25,801 nt of DNA. Origin: a virus. Taxonomy: Duplodnaviria > Heunggongvirae > Uroviricota > Caudoviricetes. Of the stretch, positions 23,969-25,801 are shown one piece after another. The notes beneath the pieces are model-generated. The model did no database searches, was not told the DNA's origin, and saw nothing but the letters and a program-made list of their open reading frames with translations. The position numbers and the translations under genes were made by a program. The DNA is taken from IMG/VR virus record IMGVR_UViG_2582581315_000004, positions 1 through 25,801 of that record; one strand, written 5' to 3'. Position 1 is the stretch's first letter, and each line of letters starts with the position of its first letter.

Positions 23969-24214
23969 ATGAATACCTTCAAACACATCAGAAAGAATGT
24001 TTTTGGTCTCCGGCAGGATGAGTTTGCTCTGATTGCCGGCGTCCACCAGGCGACCGTCAGCAAGTGGGAAAGCGGTGTTCTCTTCCCTGATTTCACCAAT
24101 CTCGTGTCGATCCGGACCAAGGCAATGAGCCTCAGTCTGGAATGGCGGGACGAGTGGTTCTTCGACGCTCCTGGTGTAGGTGCTTCCGTGGAAGGGAATG
24201 ACTGTCATAACTGA
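23969..24214 (+). CDS. Cro-like XRE HTH protein
   Basis: FKHIRKNVFGLRQDEFALIAGVHQATVSKWESG..FPD. Confidence 0.9.
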   Translation: MNTFKHIRKNVFGLRQDEFALIAGVHQATVSKWESGVLFPDFTNLVSIRTKAMSLSLEWRDEWFFDAPGVGASVEGNDCHN

Positions 24215-24257
24215 CTTGCGATCGCTTTGGCATCTACGAGCTGAGTTGTTCATGGTC

Positions 24258-24303
24258 TGGCTCCTTTCCGTTTGTTGTTCGAAGTAGTAGCGGAAAGGAG
24301 TTG
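24258..24303 (+). promoter_or_regulatory. Hairpin sequestering the SD of the next gene
   Basis: Perfect 10-bp arms CTCCTTTCCG (24261-24270) / CGGAAAGGAG (24291-24300); the AAGGAG SD is in the 3' arm, 7 nt before ATG24308. Confidence 0.65.
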
Positions 24304-24307
24304 TGAG

Positions 24308-24712
24308 ATGGCACAAAATTCACGCGGAATTTCACAAGACCTGACGTCTCCGACGGGGGCTTACGAACGGGCTTATAGCCTTGCTCGCGAAGCCGTCATG
24401 ATAGAGCGGATGTCGGCAGGTTATGTCGGCACGGCGATCGAGAACATCACCGCAGAGGGCAATTTCGGGTCATGGCTTCGTGATCTCTTTCATCGCAAGA
24501 AGGTGACAATCCATCTTCACTTTTACGAGCGCCTGGTGCGGATCGTAGAAGAACAAGACGCGGCAAAACGCCGGAAGATTGAACATATCGACAATTTGCT
24601 GCGGATCGCAAAGGGAAGCAATCATGCGATTGATGAAGGCGGTAATGGCGCTGTTACGAACGGTAGTAGAGCTGCGGCGAAAAACTCGCGAGGCCACTCG
24701 GCGCGGGCTTGA
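24308..24712 (+). CDS. Hypothetical protein in the cII position (134 aa)
   Basis: ATG24308 with AAGGAG SD; the track start 24272 lies inside the hairpin. Confidence 0.72.
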   Translation: MAQNSRGISQDLTSPTGAYERAYSLAREAVMIERMSAGYVGTAIENITAEGNFGSWLRDLFHRKKVTIHLHFYERLVRIVEEQDAAKRRKIEHIDNLLRIAKGSNHAIDEGGNGAVTNGSRAAAKNSRGHSARA

Positions 24713-24806
24713 AGCGCGCCTACCAGCTTCCTCGAGCGCAGCTCGCATTGTCGCAATCCTTTGCTTCGGTATGACGATCGGCGTGACGCTCGGCCTCTTT
24801 CGATAG
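24624..24806 (+). CDS. Small basic protein with a C-terminal TM segment (60 aa)
   Basis: ATG24624 after AAGGGA; C-terminal IVAILCFGMTIGVTLGLF; overlaps the previous ORF by 89 nt. Confidence 0.5.
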   Translation: MRLMKAVMALLRTVVELRRKTREATRRGLEARLPASSSAARIVAILCFGMTIGVTLGLFR

Positions 24807-24833
24807 TGATGCTTGATCCTCGCCAGAAACTAG

Positions 24834-25547
24834 ATGGCGAGGATTGCCGGCCCAGTGCCGGCTGAAATCAAACCGAAGTGGCAGACGATCGACATGGAAA
24901 CGAATTATGAGACCTGGTCAAAAGAGCGGCTCGTCGCACGGATCTATGACCTGGAGGCGACGATTGGGTCTCTGAAAACCTTCAATTCCGACAATCTGGT
25001 TTTGACCGTAAAACAGAGGTTTAAGCTGACCTTGACTGAGGCGCGATTGCTGACAGCGCTTGCTGATGGGCGACCGCATTCGAAGAGGGCGCTGTACGAA
25101 TATGTCTATCAAGATGAATTCGATAATTTCCCCGAGATGAAGATCATTGACGTTCTCATTTGCAAGATCAGAAAGAAGATCTTTCCTTTCGGTATCAAGA
25201 TCGCAACCATCCACAGCGCCGGCTATGAGCTCACGGACCCAGTGCGATTTGGAAAGATAGTCGACGGTGAGGTTCTGGCGCCGACTGTCTTGGAAAATCC
25301 GAATGAGCCGCGCAAGAAGGGTGAGAATGAACGGTCCGTTCTTGCTGCCTTGATCGCAGCAATGGATACATCTGGAAAGACGAAGATATCTGCAAGGGCA
25401 CTCGCCAGAAACTCTGGTCTCACCGTTCCTTTGCTTCCCATAATGATGCGGCTTGCAGAAAAAGGCATAATCCAAGTGAAGAGCCAGCCCAGTCGAAGCA
25501 ATAAACTCGCGCCGTGGGTGGTGCACGTACGGGCGAGGGCGCTTTGA
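24834..25547 (+). CDS. Receiver-less OmpR/CtrA-like winged-helix DNA-binding protein with a second C-terminal wHTH
   Basis: LTLTEARLL..L....SK..LYE.VY....PEMKIIDVLICKIRKKI....I.TIHSAGYEL; no receiver domain; C-terminal ISARALARNSGL...MMRLAEKGIIQV. Confidence 0.85.
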   Translation: MARIAGPVPAEIKPKWQTIDMETNYETWSKERLVARIYDLEATIGSLKTFNSDNLVLTVKQRFKLTLTEARLLTALADGRPHSKRALYEYVYQDEFDNFPEMKIIDVLICKIRKKIFPFGIKIATIHSAGYELTDPVRFGKIVDGEVLAPTVLENPNEPRKKGENERSVLAALIAAMDTSGKTKISARALARNSGLTVPLLPIMMRLAEKGIIQVKSQPSRSNKLAPWVVHVRARAL

Positions 25548-25801
25548 ACTGGCCGTTCGGGGATATGCTGCCGTTCTCATACGATCTGTTCGTGGTCGAC
25601 TTTCCATGGGACTTTAAGCTCTATTCCGAGAACGGGGAAAAGAAATCTGCCCGGGCTCACTATGACACCATGTCTCTTCAGGAGATTGTAGATTTCTCAG
25701 TGATTACTCATTTGGCAAAGAGAGACAGTCTTTGGCTGATCTGGACTTGCGAATGGATGAAGCCGGGTGATCAGCAGCGGATCCTCGATGCCCATGGGCT
25801 C
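25544..25801 (+). CDS. MT-A70-family (N6-adenine) methyltransferase, 5' part only, not in the ORF track
   Basis: TTG25544 overlaps the upstream TGA; translation MNWPFGDMLPFSYDLFVVDFPWDFKLYSENGEKKSARAHYDTMSLQEI..F.V..LAKRDSLWLIWT; frame open to the window end. Confidence 0.82.
   Translation, partial: MNWPFGDMLPFSYDLFVVDFPWDFKLYSENGEKKSARAHYDTMSLQEIVDFSVITHLAKRDSLWLIWTCEWMKPGDQQRILDAHGL

Larger units (their letters stand above)
1..25801. mobile_element. Temperate phage/prophage segment (early-left operon, immunity switch, start of early-right operon); boundaries lie outside the window
   Basis: Divergent cI/cro-like HTH pair at 23508-24214, a RecE/RecT-like module, DUF5131, ASCH, DUF968 and MT-A70 genes, and many small overlapping ORFs, arranged in the lambdoid layout. 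Confidence 0.93.

Noticed and set aside
23891-24316. 141-aa minus-strand ORF across cro
   Set aside because: Antisense to a clear HTH gene and running through the operator; no protein-like features.
1-25801. CRISPR array, tRNA, integrase/att site, IS element or intein
   Set aside because: No regularly spaced repeats, cloverleaf with T-loop consensus, recombinase or transposase motifs, or intein splice motifs were seen.

Overview
The window is a 25.8-kb piece of a temperate phage or prophage from a Rhizobiales (alphaproteobacterial) host, judged from the DnaN sequence, a CtrA box and an alpha-type LexA box. No integrase, att site, virion gene, tRNA, rRNA or CRISPR array is visible. (i) 1-21732, minus strand: one long, tightly coupled leftward early operon. 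In transcription order it encodes an SMC-like ATPase, RecE-like nuclease, RecT-like annealase, ExoX-like exonuclease, beta clamp, dNMP-kinase-like protein, ThyX, then a J-domain/pseudokinase + vWA + divergent PurA-like ligase triad, two ASCH-like proteins, a pentapeptide-repeat protein, a degenerate DnaQ-like exonuclease, a SPOUT RNA methyltransferase, a RecD/Dda-like helicase, DUF5131, a second J-domain protein, a DUF968/Ref-like nuclease and small hypotheticals. (ii) 21950-23510: a regulatory/accessory island with a repressor-controlled PL. It holds a LexA-box promoter with its own terminator (predicted ~75-nt SOS sRNA) overlapped by a convergent antisense unit, a ~350-nt ORF-poor highly structured segment, an XRE gene, a perfect CtrA box and a tiny Tat-signal protein. 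(iii) 23508-24214: a cI/cro-like switch with two apparently leaderless genes and a repressor lacking an S24 peptidase domain. (iv) 24308-25801: the rightward early operon, with a gene whose RBS is hairpin-sequestered, a receiver-less CtrA-like DNA-binding protein and a partial MT-A70 methyltransferase. The best candidates for new biology are the PurA-like/vWA/J-pseudokinase triad and the SOS-sRNA/CtrA-linked induction circuit. All family assignments come from motif recognition by eye; no database search was run.
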